Shown here: positions 1 to 8,482 of the stretch, in pieces
Layout: each line of letters opens with the position of its first letter
Position numbering within the stretch: the first letter of the stretch is position 1
Assembly (NCBI GenBank): GCA_038888155.1
Contig: JAWAJB010000003.1
Span: 64,001-128,000 of the forward strand
DNA: 64,000 bases
Origin: Desulfurococcaceae archaeon
GTDB lineage: Archaea > Thermoproteota > Thermoprotei_A > Sulfolobales > Desulfurococcaceae
Reading direction: 5' to 3'
The notes under the pieces: generated by a model
Seen by the model: only the letters and a program-made list of their open reading frames with translations
Databases searched by the model: none
Told to the model about the DNA's origin: nothing
Program-made: the position numbers and the translations under genes

Positions 1-136
1 AAAAAGCCCAGTGTTTTGGGGTGTAAACTTCCACTAGCTCGCGAGGTTCATAGGGCAAGTGGCTTTTAATTAAAGCTAAAGAGGTAATAAAAGGGGTAAT
101 TTATGTTTAAAAAGCAAGATAGATTACTTCTCAAAG

Positions 137-430
137 GTGGTTTTCTCTTTGCTTAACGAAGAAGAACTCGTAGAGGCAGAGGAGCTACGCGAAGAGGAGT
201 ACGAGGAAGAGGCAGGGGAAATAGTAGTTGACCAGCTAAGGCTATTGCTTGATGTCACGAAGCTCTGGCGTAGACTGCTTCGCGATGAAGCTACGCTCGA
301 TGAACTAAAGTCGACTACATCTAAGAAGGCAACTAAGAGGAGAGAGAAAGCAAAAGAAGAAGGCAGGGCCGCAAAGAAAGCCAAGGGAAAATCTAAGAGG
401 GTGAAGAAGTCTAGCAGACGCAGGAAATGA
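137..430 (+). CDS. rpo13: DNA-directed RNA polymerase subunit Rpo13
   Basis: Acidic N-terminus, short helical core (DQLRLLLDVTKLWRRLLRDEATLDELK) and Lys/Arg-rich tail, the architecture of Sulfolobales/Desulfurococcales Rpo13. Confidence 0.75.
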   Translation: MVFSLLNEEELVEAEELREEEYEEEAGEIVVDQLRLLLDVTKLWRRLLRDEATLDELKSTTSKKATKRREKAKEEGRAAKKAKGKSKRVKKSSRRRK

Positions 431-437
431 GTTAGAC

Positions 438-830
438 TTAAGTAGCGGGGCTGAATTCTGCCTCTGAAAACCCTAGTTGACTCAGAGAGCGCGCAACGAG
501 CTCCCTTGAAACTCGCCTGTCGAGCACCAGCTCTACGTATTTTTCTCTGTTTTCAAGTAGCAACTTGATTTTGTGAACTATCACTCTCCCCCGAATAGCA
601 TCAGAAGTGTCCTTCGGCACAGCTAAGTACCCCTCGAATTTTCTCTGGGAGGACTTATAGTATTCATCGAAGCCTGCAATTAATCTCACAGCCTCCTCTA
701 AGTCCCTAGTTTCCCCGTGTATCTCTATTATTGACTCGAGAAATCTTAGCGCTAGCTCCCTGGTCAGCTTCACGTGCATGCAATTGGCTAGATCAACGCT
801 TACCGAGATTTTCAAGGCTTGCCCGCGCAT
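438..830 (-). CDS. hypothetical protein
   Basis: 130-aa ORF with protein-like composition, divergent from PCNA. Confidence 0.7.
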   Translation of the reverse strand: MRGQALKISVSVDLANCMHVKLTRELALRFLESIIEIHGETRDLEEAVRLIAGFDEYYKSSQRKFEGYLAVPKDTSDAIRGRVIVHKIKLLLENREKYVELVLDRRVSRELVARSLSQLGFSEAEFSPAT

Positions 831-866
831 TTTATATATCAGCTCCCTATTTTATTAGTCTCTTAG

Positions 867-1628
867 GTGAGGGCATTGTTTAAAGCATTGTACCCCAACG
901 CGTCTAGGCTAAAGCACGTTATCCAAGTCCTAGCTAAGCTCAGCGACGAGCTCCCCTTTTACGTCACGCAGAGCGATATTAGCGTAAAGGTGTTAAGCCC
1001 CGATAAAACAATGCTAGTTGTGCTGAACATACCTAGCCTAGTTTTCGAGGAGTACGTCGTGGACGAAGAAGGGACATTCATTTTATCTGCTACCGAGTTC
1101 AGGAAAATAATACGCAGGGCGACTAGAAACGATACGCTGCTCTTAACTGTTAACAGGGAGACAAACGAGCTGATAGCTGTGTTGAGGGACAAGAAAACGG
1201 GCGTTGAGAGGGAATTTGGGATTACACTTATACAGAGGCCCCCAGAGCCAGTCCCCGAGCTACAGCTCGATCTACCGGTTTCCTTTACCGCCCTCTCTCA
1301 GGATTTCAAGAACATAGTAGGCGACCTGAAGCTAACTGGGGAAGAAGCTCTATTTATTTACGAAGAGGGCAAGATAGTAATTAAGGCGTCAGAGCAACAG
1401 AAGGAGTATATCTGTGAACTAAGGGAGGGCAGCCCGCTGGTATTCCTGAACTCTACAGTAGATAAAGCGAGTGCCTCATACAGCATTGAAATGCTACTAG
1501 AGGCATCTCAGCCAGCAGCAGTATCAAGCCAAGTTGTAATCTCCTTTGACTCGGGGAAACCAATGAAGGTAGAGTACGAACTCGAAGGAGGAGGCAAACT
1601 AATTTACTGGTTAGTTCCTAGAGTTTAG
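867..1628 (+). CDS. pcn: DNA polymerase sliding clamp (PCNA, one of the crenarchaeal paralogs)
   Basis: 253 aa; LSPDKTMLV, FEEY, ASYSIEML, GKPMKVEY..GGKLIYWLVPR PCNA motifs. Confidence 0.95.
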   Translation: MRALFKALYPNASRLKHVIQVLAKLSDELPFYVTQSDISVKVLSPDKTMLVVLNIPSLVFEEYVVDEEGTFILSATEFRKIIRRATRNDTLLLTVNRETNELIAVLRDKKTGVEREFGITLIQRPPEPVPELQLDLPVSFTALSQDFKNIVGDLKLTGEEALFIYEEGKIVIKASEQQKEYICELREGSPLVFLNSTVDKASASYSIEMLLEASQPAAVSSQVVISFDSGKPMKVEYELEGGGKLIYWLVPRV

Positions 1629-1779
1629 CCAGCAATTTTACTCCTCCCGCAGAGCTCCCCAAGGATTTCATCCCAAGTTGGAACAATCTAGTGCGAGTTA
1701 GGAAAGTTATCCAGTTGATCTACCCAGTCGGCAGCCTGGCAATTCAGTTGTTTAATAAGCTCTTCGAGCCTATCATACC

Positions 1780-2046
1780 GTGGAGATAGAGATGACTATA
1801 TACTGGGAGAGGTGCGACTTTTGCGGTCAGAATAAACCCGTTAAAAAGTGTAGCATTATACCCGATTTCTCAATAGATATACACTGCTGCATATCTTGCC
1901 CTATGTGGATGAGCAGGTGCAAATCACCCGCTTGGAGAGTAGAAATACCGACTCCATCGCCTCCACGAGTAAGGTCGCCTAGTAAGGAGGAGAAAAAGAA
2001 GCTAATAGAGGAGCTTACGTCAATGCTAGAAACAAAAAAGGGTTAA
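1780..2046 (+). CDS. small Cys-rich hypothetical protein
   Basis: CDFC..KC..HCCISC pattern. Confidence 0.7.
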   Translation: MEIEMTIYWERCDFCGQNKPVKKCSIIPDFSIDIHCCISCPMWMSRCKSPAWRVEIPTPSPPRVRSPSKEEKKKLIEELTSMLETKKG

Positions 2047-2600
2047 CCGCCAGCTAAAGCGCGGATGGAGCGAGCGTAGAGCTTCCTCTACCTGAGGGTA
2101 CGAGCCAATTGTACCTATCCTGCTCCAGCCAAGTAAATTCTGCGCCTAAGCTCGCCTCCCAGCAGTAGCGAGAAATAATATGCGACCCTCAAAGGCGAGC
2201 GAGTTTTGCCTTTTCCGTTGGGCTCTACCTTTGTTCACTTATTCCCATGAGACGTGCAGCGCCTAGTGCGCAGCTGAGCATAGGGCAACCCCTATAGGAA
2301 TAGTTGGGTGTTGCATCCCATTTTCGCTCTCCCCTCTCATTTAGATGCTGAGTTGTCCAAACGCACTTAGGTACTCCCGCACCTCCACCCTACTTCGTAG
2401 CTCTCTAGGAGAGGCGCCTGCGAGAATATCAGCGCAAAGAACACTGTTATCTCCACTTCGCAAGCACGATCATTTTTGGATTGGCGAGAGCCCTTGGGGT
2501 GCGATCGCGCGAGCGAGATGTAAAACTAAGTGAGCGGTAAACAGTTATATGAAGGAATACTCAAATTGGATTGTAGGGCACAACACCACGCAGTGGAAAT

Positions 2601-3119
2601 ATGGCCAGGCTCAATATATTAGTGGATTTTACATGCCCTCTCGGCTACGTGTCGAGGCATGTAAAGTTGCTCAAAGATAGCGGATTTGCGCCTAGGTTAA
2701 TATCATACGAAACCATTAGGTTGAGATCAATATATTCGCTGAGAGCAGGAGGCGTTGGTAGCACTCTCGATGACGTTGAGAGACTTTTCTCAATAATAAG
2801 GAGCAGCAGCGGAAGTTGGAAGACCTGCTGTCTAGAGATATGGATTGAGAGCAGAGATCTTAAGAAAGATTTGAGATTGAATAGGCTAATTAAGCTAGAT
2901 GGCTTGTGCATCTACGCTAGACCAAGCAGAAAGGGAAGGGTAATCTACAAGCTAGCTTGGGGACTTAATAGCTGCAGGGAGGAAGGGGTCATTCCAGAGA
3001 GCGTGGGGAGAAAGTGCCTAGACACCTCAGAGGTCATAGACGATATTTACGCCTATGTACGCAGTTTTATAAGCTACGCTGTGCGCCAAATGCTGGGCAC
3101 TAATGAGTTCTCTCAGTAA
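2601..3119 (+). CDS. hypothetical protein
   Basis: 172-aa ATG ORF with no recognisable motif. Confidence 0.6.
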   Translation: MARLNILVDFTCPLGYVSRHVKLLKDSGFAPRLISYETIRLRSIYSLRAGGVGSTLDDVERLFSIIRSSSGSWKTCCLEIWIESRDLKKDLRLNRLIKLDGLCIYARPSRKGRVIYKLAWGLNSCREEGVIPESVGRKCLDTSEVIDDIYAYVRSFISYAVRQMLGTNEFSQ

Positions 3120-3153
3120 TACTTTTTACGCCTTGTCTACAAGGTTAATAATA

Positions 3154-3243
3154 GGGCCCGTGGTCTAGCTTGGCTAGGATGCGGGGTTCGGGACCACAAC
3201 AGCGGGAATCCCCGTGGCCGGGGTTCAAATCCCCGCGGGCCCA
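3154..3243 (+). tRNA. tRNA-Pro(CGG) with 16-nt intron at 37/38 (3193-3208)
   Basis: GGGCCCG/CGGGCCC acceptor stem, CGGGG-TTCGGG..T-CCCCG anticodon arm, GGTTCAAATCC T-loop, BHB helix TTCG/CGGG. Confidence 0.93.
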
Positions 3244-3270
3244 CTTCTGCTAAAGTTGGTGGTGCTCTAG

Positions 3271-3654
3271 TTGTCTGTTCAATCCACTAGAGAGGCGCTG
3301 AGCGCTCCTCTAGAGGAGGAGGTAGCGCAAATGACGCCCAGCGTATACGAGATGAGGTTTGTGAGGCTAGATATCCGCGACGACAGCTTAGTTAGGAGCG
3401 TGTGGGCTTACTTAGGCAAAAGAGCAGACTACTTAATTATACCTGGGGCTTTCTGCAGTTGCAGGGACTTCACAATCAGGACCATAGTGAATAAAAAGTC
3501 AAAGTACTGCAAGCATCAAGTCGGGGTTTATACAGCTATTAAGTTTGGGAAGTTTACTGCCTTGAGTGCCAACATAGAGGAGGCTTTAACAATAGTGCAG
3601 GAACTGTTGGATAAAGGCTTCTCAATATCGCTTCGAAGAAAGTTAATTAAGTGA
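3271..3654 (+). CDS. SWIM zinc-finger protein
   Basis: FCSCRDF...YCKHQ SWIM motif. Confidence 0.85.
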   Translation: MSVQSTREALSAPLEEEVAQMTPSVYEMRFVRLDIRDDSLVRSVWAYLGKRADYLIIPGAFCSCRDFTIRTIVNKKSKYCKHQVGVYTAIKFGKFTALSANIEEALTIVQELLDKGFSISLRRKLIK

Positions 3655-3705
3655 GGAAAAATATTTCACTTCAAGGCATTAAGTAAGCTTGCAGGTGTAA
3701 ACGAA

Positions 3706-3984
3706 GTGGGACGTAGAAGGAAAAGGAGGAAAGTAGTAGTTAGGAGAATGGTTAAAATACCCGTGGCGTTCGAGTGCCCGCACTGCTCCTCTAAAACCCT
3801 AGTTATAACTGTTAAGAAAAAAGAGGAGGATCGCGCGCATGCTATTGTTTCCTGCGGGTCCTGCGGCTTAATCGATGAGGAGGACTTCGCCGATATACCA
3901 GCGCTCTACCAAGTCGTAGACATTTACGCAAAGTTCGTAGATCTTTACAGCAGCGGCAAGGCAAGGGTAAAGCTACCCAGTTGA
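3706..3984 (+). CDS. elf1: transcription elongation factor Elf1 homolog
   Basis: MGRRRKRRK N-terminus, FECPHC...CGSCG Zn ribbon, VDIYAKFVD. Confidence 0.9.
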   Translation: MGRRRKRRKVVVRRMVKIPVAFECPHCSSKTLVITVKKKEEDRAHAIVSCGSCGLIDEEDFADIPALYQVVDIYAKFVDLYSSGKARVKLPS

Positions 3985-3996
3985 AAGTGGTGCTTA

Positions 3997-4746
3997 TTGT
4001 TGGGGAGAGTTCACGACTATATTACTTCGAGGATCTCTAGCGGCGGAAAACTTCACTTAACACTGGTAGACCCCGAGAAAAGTAGCGATATAGAGAGGCT
4101 AGAGAGGATATCAGAGAGCATGGTTGCAGCGGGCACTGACGGCTTCCTCGTTGGGGGGAGCTTAGCGGTTGCCCCCGAAGAAGCCGATCTCATTGTTAAA
4201 GCCCTCAAGAAGCACAACTTGCCTGTTGTAATATTCCCTGGCAACATTAACTGCTTGACACCGCGAGCTGACGCTGTGTTGTTCATGGTCTTAATGAACA
4301 GTGTGGAGCCATATTATTTAATGCAAGTACAGGTGCTCGCTGCTCCCTTAATTGCTAAGTACAATCTAGAGGCTCTACCCACTGGCTACATCGTTGTAGA
4401 CCAAGATACTGCAGTAGCTCACGTCGGCAGGACATACCCTATTCCGAGGAGCAAGCCAGAGATAATATCGGCTTACGCCATGGCCGCAGAGATGTTGGGA
4501 TTTAAATACATATACCTAGAGGCTGGAAGCGGAGCACAACAGCCCATACCTTTGGAGTTTCCGCTAGCTGTTAAAAAATACACGAAGCTAATCACCATTG
4601 TCGGAGGCGGAATAAGGTCCCCAGATGTAGCTGAAAACCTCGCAAAGTCGGGTGCAGATATTATCGTAACTGGGACAATTGTGGAGAGGGATCCCGAGCT
4701 CGCTACTGAGGTAATTAAGGTGCTCAAGAGCCCTAAGTGGAGCTAG
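3997..4746 (+). CDS. geranylgeranylglyceryl phosphate synthase (GGGPS/PcrB family)
   Basis: HLTLVDPEK, LVGGS, PVVIFPG, YLEAGSGA, VGGGIR, GADIIVTGT. Confidence 0.95.
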   Translation: MLGRVHDYITSRISSGGKLHLTLVDPEKSSDIERLERISESMVAAGTDGFLVGGSLAVAPEEADLIVKALKKHNLPVVIFPGNINCLTPRADAVLFMVLMNSVEPYYLMQVQVLAAPLIAKYNLEALPTGYIVVDQDTAVAHVGRTYPIPRSKPEIISAYAMAAEMLGFKYIYLEAGSGAQQPIPLEFPLAVKKYTKLITIVGGGIRSPDVAENLAKSGADIIVTGTIVERDPELATEVIKVLKSPKWS

Positions 4747-5009
4747 CGTTCTTCGAGGAGGTATTTCTTTTTAAAGGCGTCCTCAAGGTCTACTTTGACT
4801 AAGTTAGCCACGCTGAGTAGCCACGCGAACACGTCAGCGATTTCCTCCTCCACGGACCCCCTATCTGCTCTTAAGAGTGCATCAGCTAGTTCTCCTACCT
4901 CTTCAACAAGCCACGTGAAGGTAGAGTAAAGGCCCCTTAGTTCGTCTCTCTCGTAGTACGTTTTCCTTATATAAGCTTGAGCTTCGCGTATCTCCATTGG
5001 GACCGCCAA
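4743..5009 (-). CDS. MazG-like nucleotide pyrophosphohydrolase
   Basis: WLVEEVGELA...EEEIADV motif. Confidence 0.9.
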   Translation of the reverse strand: MAVPMEIREAQAYIRKTYYERDELRGLYSTFTWLVEEVGELADALLRADRGSVEEEIADVFAWLLSVANLVKVDLEDAFKKKYLLEER

Positions 5010-5060
5010 TTGGTAAAAATTAATTAAGCTGAGAGATATATATAGCGTGGGTATAGCACT

Positions 5061-5237
5061 ATGAGCAAGAAAGGCAAGAAAAAGGAGGTACCATCTATAT
5101 CGTCTTCGGCTGGGCTAATTAGGTTCTTTGAAGAAAGCGATGTTAAGATCGCGCTAAAGCCGCACCTCATAATACTTTTCGCCATTGTGTTTGTAGCTGT
5201 AGTTATAGTTCTCTCTAAGGTAGTACCCGTAGCGTAA
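5061..5237 (+). CDS. secG: preprotein translocase subunit Sec61beta (58 aa, absent from ORF track)
   Basis: Manual translation MSKKGKKKEVPSISSSAGLIRFFEESDVKIALKPHLIILFAIVFVAVVIVLSKVVPVA; SAGLIRFFEE motif plus one TM helix. Confidence 0.92.
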   Translation: MSKKGKKKEVPSISSSAGLIRFFEESDVKIALKPHLIILFAIVFVAVVIVLSKVVPVA

Positions 5238-5239
5238 TA

Positions 5240-5301
5240 GCTCTGCTGGGGATATTCTCTTCACAGCTTGAAAGCGCTCTGCCTCCCATCGCTCTTCATC
5301 G
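5240..5301 (-). ncRNA. putative C/D box sRNA
   Basis: ATGAAGA-gcgatgggagg-CAGA-13 nt-GTGAAGA-gaatatccccag-CAGA; boxes degenerate, spacing canonical. Confidence 0.5.
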
Positions 5302-5325
5302 CTTTTGAGTTAGCAGTATTGCCTC

Positions 5326-5378
5326 AATCAGAAACACGAGCCCTCGTCACTCCTCTGTTAAGTGGCAAGTCATCATCT
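5326..5378 (-). ncRNA. C/D box sRNA
   Basis: ATGATGA-cttgccacttaa-CAGA-gga-GTGACGA-gggctcgtgttt-CTGA; TATA-like element ~25 nt upstream. Confidence 0.8.
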
Positions 5379-5442
5379 AAGAACTTATAGGTTTTTAACC
5401 CTATATAAGACTTGTTTAACAAGTGTTTAGACAATACCTGCA

Positions 5443-6165
5443 GTGGTGTATTATATGAACCAAAGCAAGTCAATGACGCTAGTTATTCAAGCAATATCTA
5501 TAGTGCTGTTTTCATTAGTATCAGCAGCCGCTCCCGAGTACGCATGGATAGCATTTATCTTATACTTTTTTGTCTTAATGTTCGTAATGACTAAGATCAC
5601 AGGTAGAGGGCTTAAAAAGGCACCTGAACGCAAGGGATCCCCTATATTCAAGGAGGATCAAGCGACTCAGATTATGGCTCACGACTCGCTGTTAATAAAG
5701 GAAGTAAAAGAACAGTTCAAGTCGACGACTTTAATGCTCCTCTTGCCTATTGTAGCTCTTGTACTAGCTCCAATGTACTGGCAGTACATAGACCCTCCAG
5801 TGAAATCTGCGCTTGCGCAGTTTACAACAAATGAATTCTTGATTAGGTTCATTGGGTTCATTATGTTCTACGTATTTCTAATAGCTATTATGCAAATTCC
5901 CCGGCTCGCAGTTTCAAGGCTAGTTAAACAGCAGAAGCAGCTCTACGTTCCGCGAACTTTCTCGCTGTACAAAGATGGTATCCTCATAGACAACAGGTAC
6001 GTGCAGTACGAAAGCGATCTTTGCTTCCAGGGGGACGCTAACAGGAAATTCGTAGAAATGCACGGCAAGAAAATTCCCTTTATAATTAGGCTGTATACAA
6101 TAGAGGTCTCAAAGCTAGCAAGCAAGCTGAAGGAGGTCGGATTAAGTGAGTGCCAAGGACAGTAG
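5443..6165 (+). CDS. membrane protein, probably DUF2208 family
   Basis: Four hydrophobic segments and a soluble C-terminus; family assignment from recall; start may be ATG 5455 region. Confidence 0.7.
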   Translation: MVYYMNQSKSMTLVIQAISIVLFSLVSAAAPEYAWIAFILYFFVLMFVMTKITGRGLKKAPERKGSPIFKEDQATQIMAHDSLLIKEVKEQFKSTTLMLLLPIVALVLAPMYWQYIDPPVKSALAQFTTNEFLIRFIGFIMFYVFLIAIMQIPRLAVSRLVKQQKQLYVPRTFSLYKDGILIDNRYVQYESDLCFQGDANRKFVEMHGKKIPFIIRLYTIEVSKLASKLKEVGLSECQGQ

Positions 6166-6394
6166 GCGCAAGTGCGTGGTATGCGGGAGAGTTTTTCCAC
6201 AAGGACAGGGCATAGTCCTAACCATAGGAGATGAAAGGCTGGAATTTCACAGCGTAAGGTGCTTCTCTAAGTTTACAAAGAGACTACTGGAGAGAATGCC
6301 TCCTGACGAGATAAAGGGGTATATCAGAAGAGTGCGAGAGGAATACGAAGAACTGCTTGCCCAGCGGGCAAAGCTTAAATTAAAGAAAATATAG
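6146..6394 (+). CDS. TRASH/L24e-like Zn-finger protein
   Basis: RKCVVCGRVFPQGQGIVL...EFHSVRC resembles the L24e/TRASH pattern. Confidence 0.7.
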   Translation: MSAKDSRRKCVVCGRVFPQGQGIVLTIGDERLEFHSVRCFSKFTKRLLERMPPDEIKGYIRRVREEYEELLAQRAKLKLKKI

Positions 6395-6513
6395 CAATCT
6401 TTAACCAGCTAGCCTTCAAGCTCTTTAGTCGCTGAAGGATCTTTTCATTTAAGCTTGTAGAGATAGGCCACGCTAGTTGATTTTTAAGGGGGCTCAAGGA
6501 ATACGTATCAATA

Positions 6514-6571
6514 GCGTGATGATACTTGTCCCCAGCGACTTAGTGGATGAAGAAGTTACCGCGGACTGAGC
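6514..6571 (+). ncRNA. C/D box sRNA, predicted 16S rRNA helix 18 guides
   Basis: GTGATGA-tacttgtcccca-GCGA...ATGAAGA-agttaccgcgga-CTGA; TTTTTAAG ~28 nt upstream. Confidence 0.85.
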
Positions 6572-6586
6572 ACTTCCTGAGTAGAG

Positions 6587-6808
6587 CTAGCAACGCGCGT
6601 TTTTCCCGACAGCCCTTCTCAAGTTCTCCAGCGCTTCGCTATCTAGTCCAGCCTGTTGGAGGATAACTAGCGCTTTCTCCAGCGCTTCGCTATCGCTTGT
6701 AGCGCTCACGTTAACAACTATGTTTGTGCCCTTAACGCACACTCTATACCTCTTATCTCCGTGGAGCTCGTAGGTCTCTAATACCTTTAGGTCGTTCCTT
6801 GAGATCAA
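6587..6808 (-). CDS. small hypothetical protein
   Basis: 73 aa, directly downstream of the HIT gene, GGTGA RBS. Confidence 0.7.
   Translation of the reverse strand: MISRNDLKVLETYELHGDKRYRVCVKGTNIVVNVSATSDSEALEKALVILQQAGLDSEALENLRRAVGKNARC
6624..6694. repeat. perfect 20-nt direct repeat TTCTCCAGCGCTTCGCTATC (6624-6643 and 6675-6694)
   Basis: Seen directly; 51-nt period, encodes DSEALE twice. Confidence 0.85.
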
Positions 6809-7297
6809 CTAATTCACCTTGGCCCAGGCCCTTCGGATCATCTCATACGCATCGCGGAGACTCAGTGGCAGTGGCTTAACTCCAGCTACTATGGCCATAA
6901 AATTAGAGTCACCAACCCATCGAGGAACTACGTGAACGTGGAAATGATCCGGAACGCCAGCTCCGGCTACGCGCCCGATGTTGGCACCTATATTAAATCC
7001 CTCAGCCGACAGCGCCTCCCTTAGGGCTCTAATTGATTTTTTGAGCAAGTTCGCTATCTCTACTGCAACTTCATCTTCTAGCTCCGTTAGATCAGGAGCA
7101 TGCCTATAGGGGGCAATCATTACGTGGCCAGAGTTGTATGGATACGCGTTGAGGACTACGAACGAGTAGTTTCCTCTGTAAACAATTAGGGCTTCCTCGT
7201 CTCCTAATTTCTGCAGTTTGCAGAATAAGCACTCGCCCTTTCTCTCGTTGCTCTGCCTTATGTACTCGTATCTCCACGGATTCCACATAACCTTCAT
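6809..7297 (-). CDS. HIT family hydrolase
   Basis: WNPWR, CLFC, LNAYPYNSGH, HFHVHVVPRW; start reset to ATG 7297. Confidence 0.93.
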   Translation of the reverse strand: MKVMWNPWRYEYIRQSNERKGECLFCKLQKLGDEEALIVYRGNYSFVVLNAYPYNSGHVMIAPYRHAPDLTELEDEVAVEIANLLKKSIRALREALSAEGFNIGANIGRVAGAGVPDHFHVHVVPRWVGDSNFMAIVAGVKPLPLSLRDAYEMIRRAWAKVN

Positions 7298-7387
7298 GGC
7301 TATAACCTTGAGGTCCCGTGATATCCTAGTCATCAGCCAGGCTTTATATTGACGCGTCAAAAGAAATTGCAGCTTTGCGTAAAAGGT

Positions 7388-8368
7388 TTACTGCTCCTCC
7401 ATGTCGCGTATACCTTCCTCGACAATGGCAAATACTGCCTCTCCTTCCGGTAAGTGAGGCGCATCAACAACGCGCGCTATCCTCTTGTTCCCTCGTGCCC
7501 TCTTTAAGTGCACTCTAACGCCGGGTACATGCGCGAGCACGTGTCCCCCTACAGCCGTTGTTGGATCACCATAGAAAACGTCGGGCCTTGCCATAACTTG
7601 ATTGGTTACAATAATAGCTATGTTGTATGCCTCAGCTAACCGCATGAGCTGATGTAGATGCGCGTTCAGCTTCTGTTGCCTTTCGGCGAGATGCTCTCTG
7701 CCCGGAAACTCGGCTCTGAAATGGCTTGTTACGCTATCAACGACTACCAGCTTAGCGCTGTTCTTCGGCACAAATGAGAACAGCTCTTCAACAATAGACA
7801 TCTGGTGATCGCTGTTGTACGCCCTAATGTAGTATATGTTATCCATAACTGACTCAGGCTCTAAGCCGAGCGCCCTAGACATAGCCTCTATTCTTTCCCA
7901 TCTAAATGTGCCCTCGGTATCAATGTATATTGCCTTGCCGAGAAGCCCCCCCTTTTCGTACGGCAACTGGACATTTACGCTAAGCTGGTGGCATATCTGC
8001 GTTTTGCCGCTGCCGTATTCGCCGTAGAACTCGGTTATAGTCTTTGTTTCTATGCCGCCTCCCAGTAGATCATCTAGTGCTTTACTCCCGGTAGTTATTT
8101 TCTTAATGTTCAATCTCTCTACTCTAACTTCCTTGGCAGTCTTGAACCTTATTCCTAAGAGCTTTCTTGCGCCCTCAATAACCCTTTGTACTGTTATAGC
8201 TGGAATCCCCGTTCTCTCGGCAACTTCCTCTGGTTTTGCAACAACGATGCTCCAAGCTGATATGTAGCCAGCTCCCTCTAGTTTCTCAGCTACTCCTGGG
8301 TTAACTCCCGGTATTTCCCTTATAGATATAAAGCCCATTTCCCCAGATGCTCTCTGCTCCTTGCTCAA
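7388..8368 (-). CDS. radA: DNA repair and recombination protein RadA
   Basis: GEYGSGKTQ Walker [25 protein letters not shown]; no intein. Confidence 0.98.
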   Translation of the reverse strand: MSKEQRASGEMGFISIREIPGVNPGVAEKLEGAGYISAWSIVVAKPEEVAERTGIPAITVQRVIEGARKLLGIRFKTAKEVRVERLNIKKITTGSKALDDLLGGGIETKTITEFYGEYGSGKTQICHQLSVNVQLPYEKGGLLGKAIYIDTEGTFRWERIEAMSRALGLEPESVMDNIYYIRAYNSDHQMSIVEELFSFVPKNSAKLVVVDSVTSHFRAEFPGREHLAERQQKLNAHLHQLMRLAEAYNIAIIVTNQVMARPDVFYGDPTTAVGGHVLAHVPGVRVHLKRARGNKRIARVVDAPHLPEGEAVFAIVEEGIRDMEEQ

Positions 8369-8482
8369 TCTCTATCCCCTAGTTGTAAGTTATTTAAAAA
8401 ATGTTTATTATACCAGAAACCTCTCTTAGATAAAGTATAGAGTTTCACAGGACGCTCAGTAGCTTCCACGAGATGATTCAAC

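Noticed and set aside
2047-2600. RNase P or SRP RNA in the 550-nt gap (GAGGAAGCT on the minus strand)
   Set aside because: No matching 3' conserved box and no high-GC stems; only short broken frames, so left unexplained
6624-6694. Two 20-nt repeats with a 31-nt spacer as a mini-CRISPR
   Set aside because: Only two copies, in frame within a coding gene, no GAAA(G/C) end, no leader or cas genes
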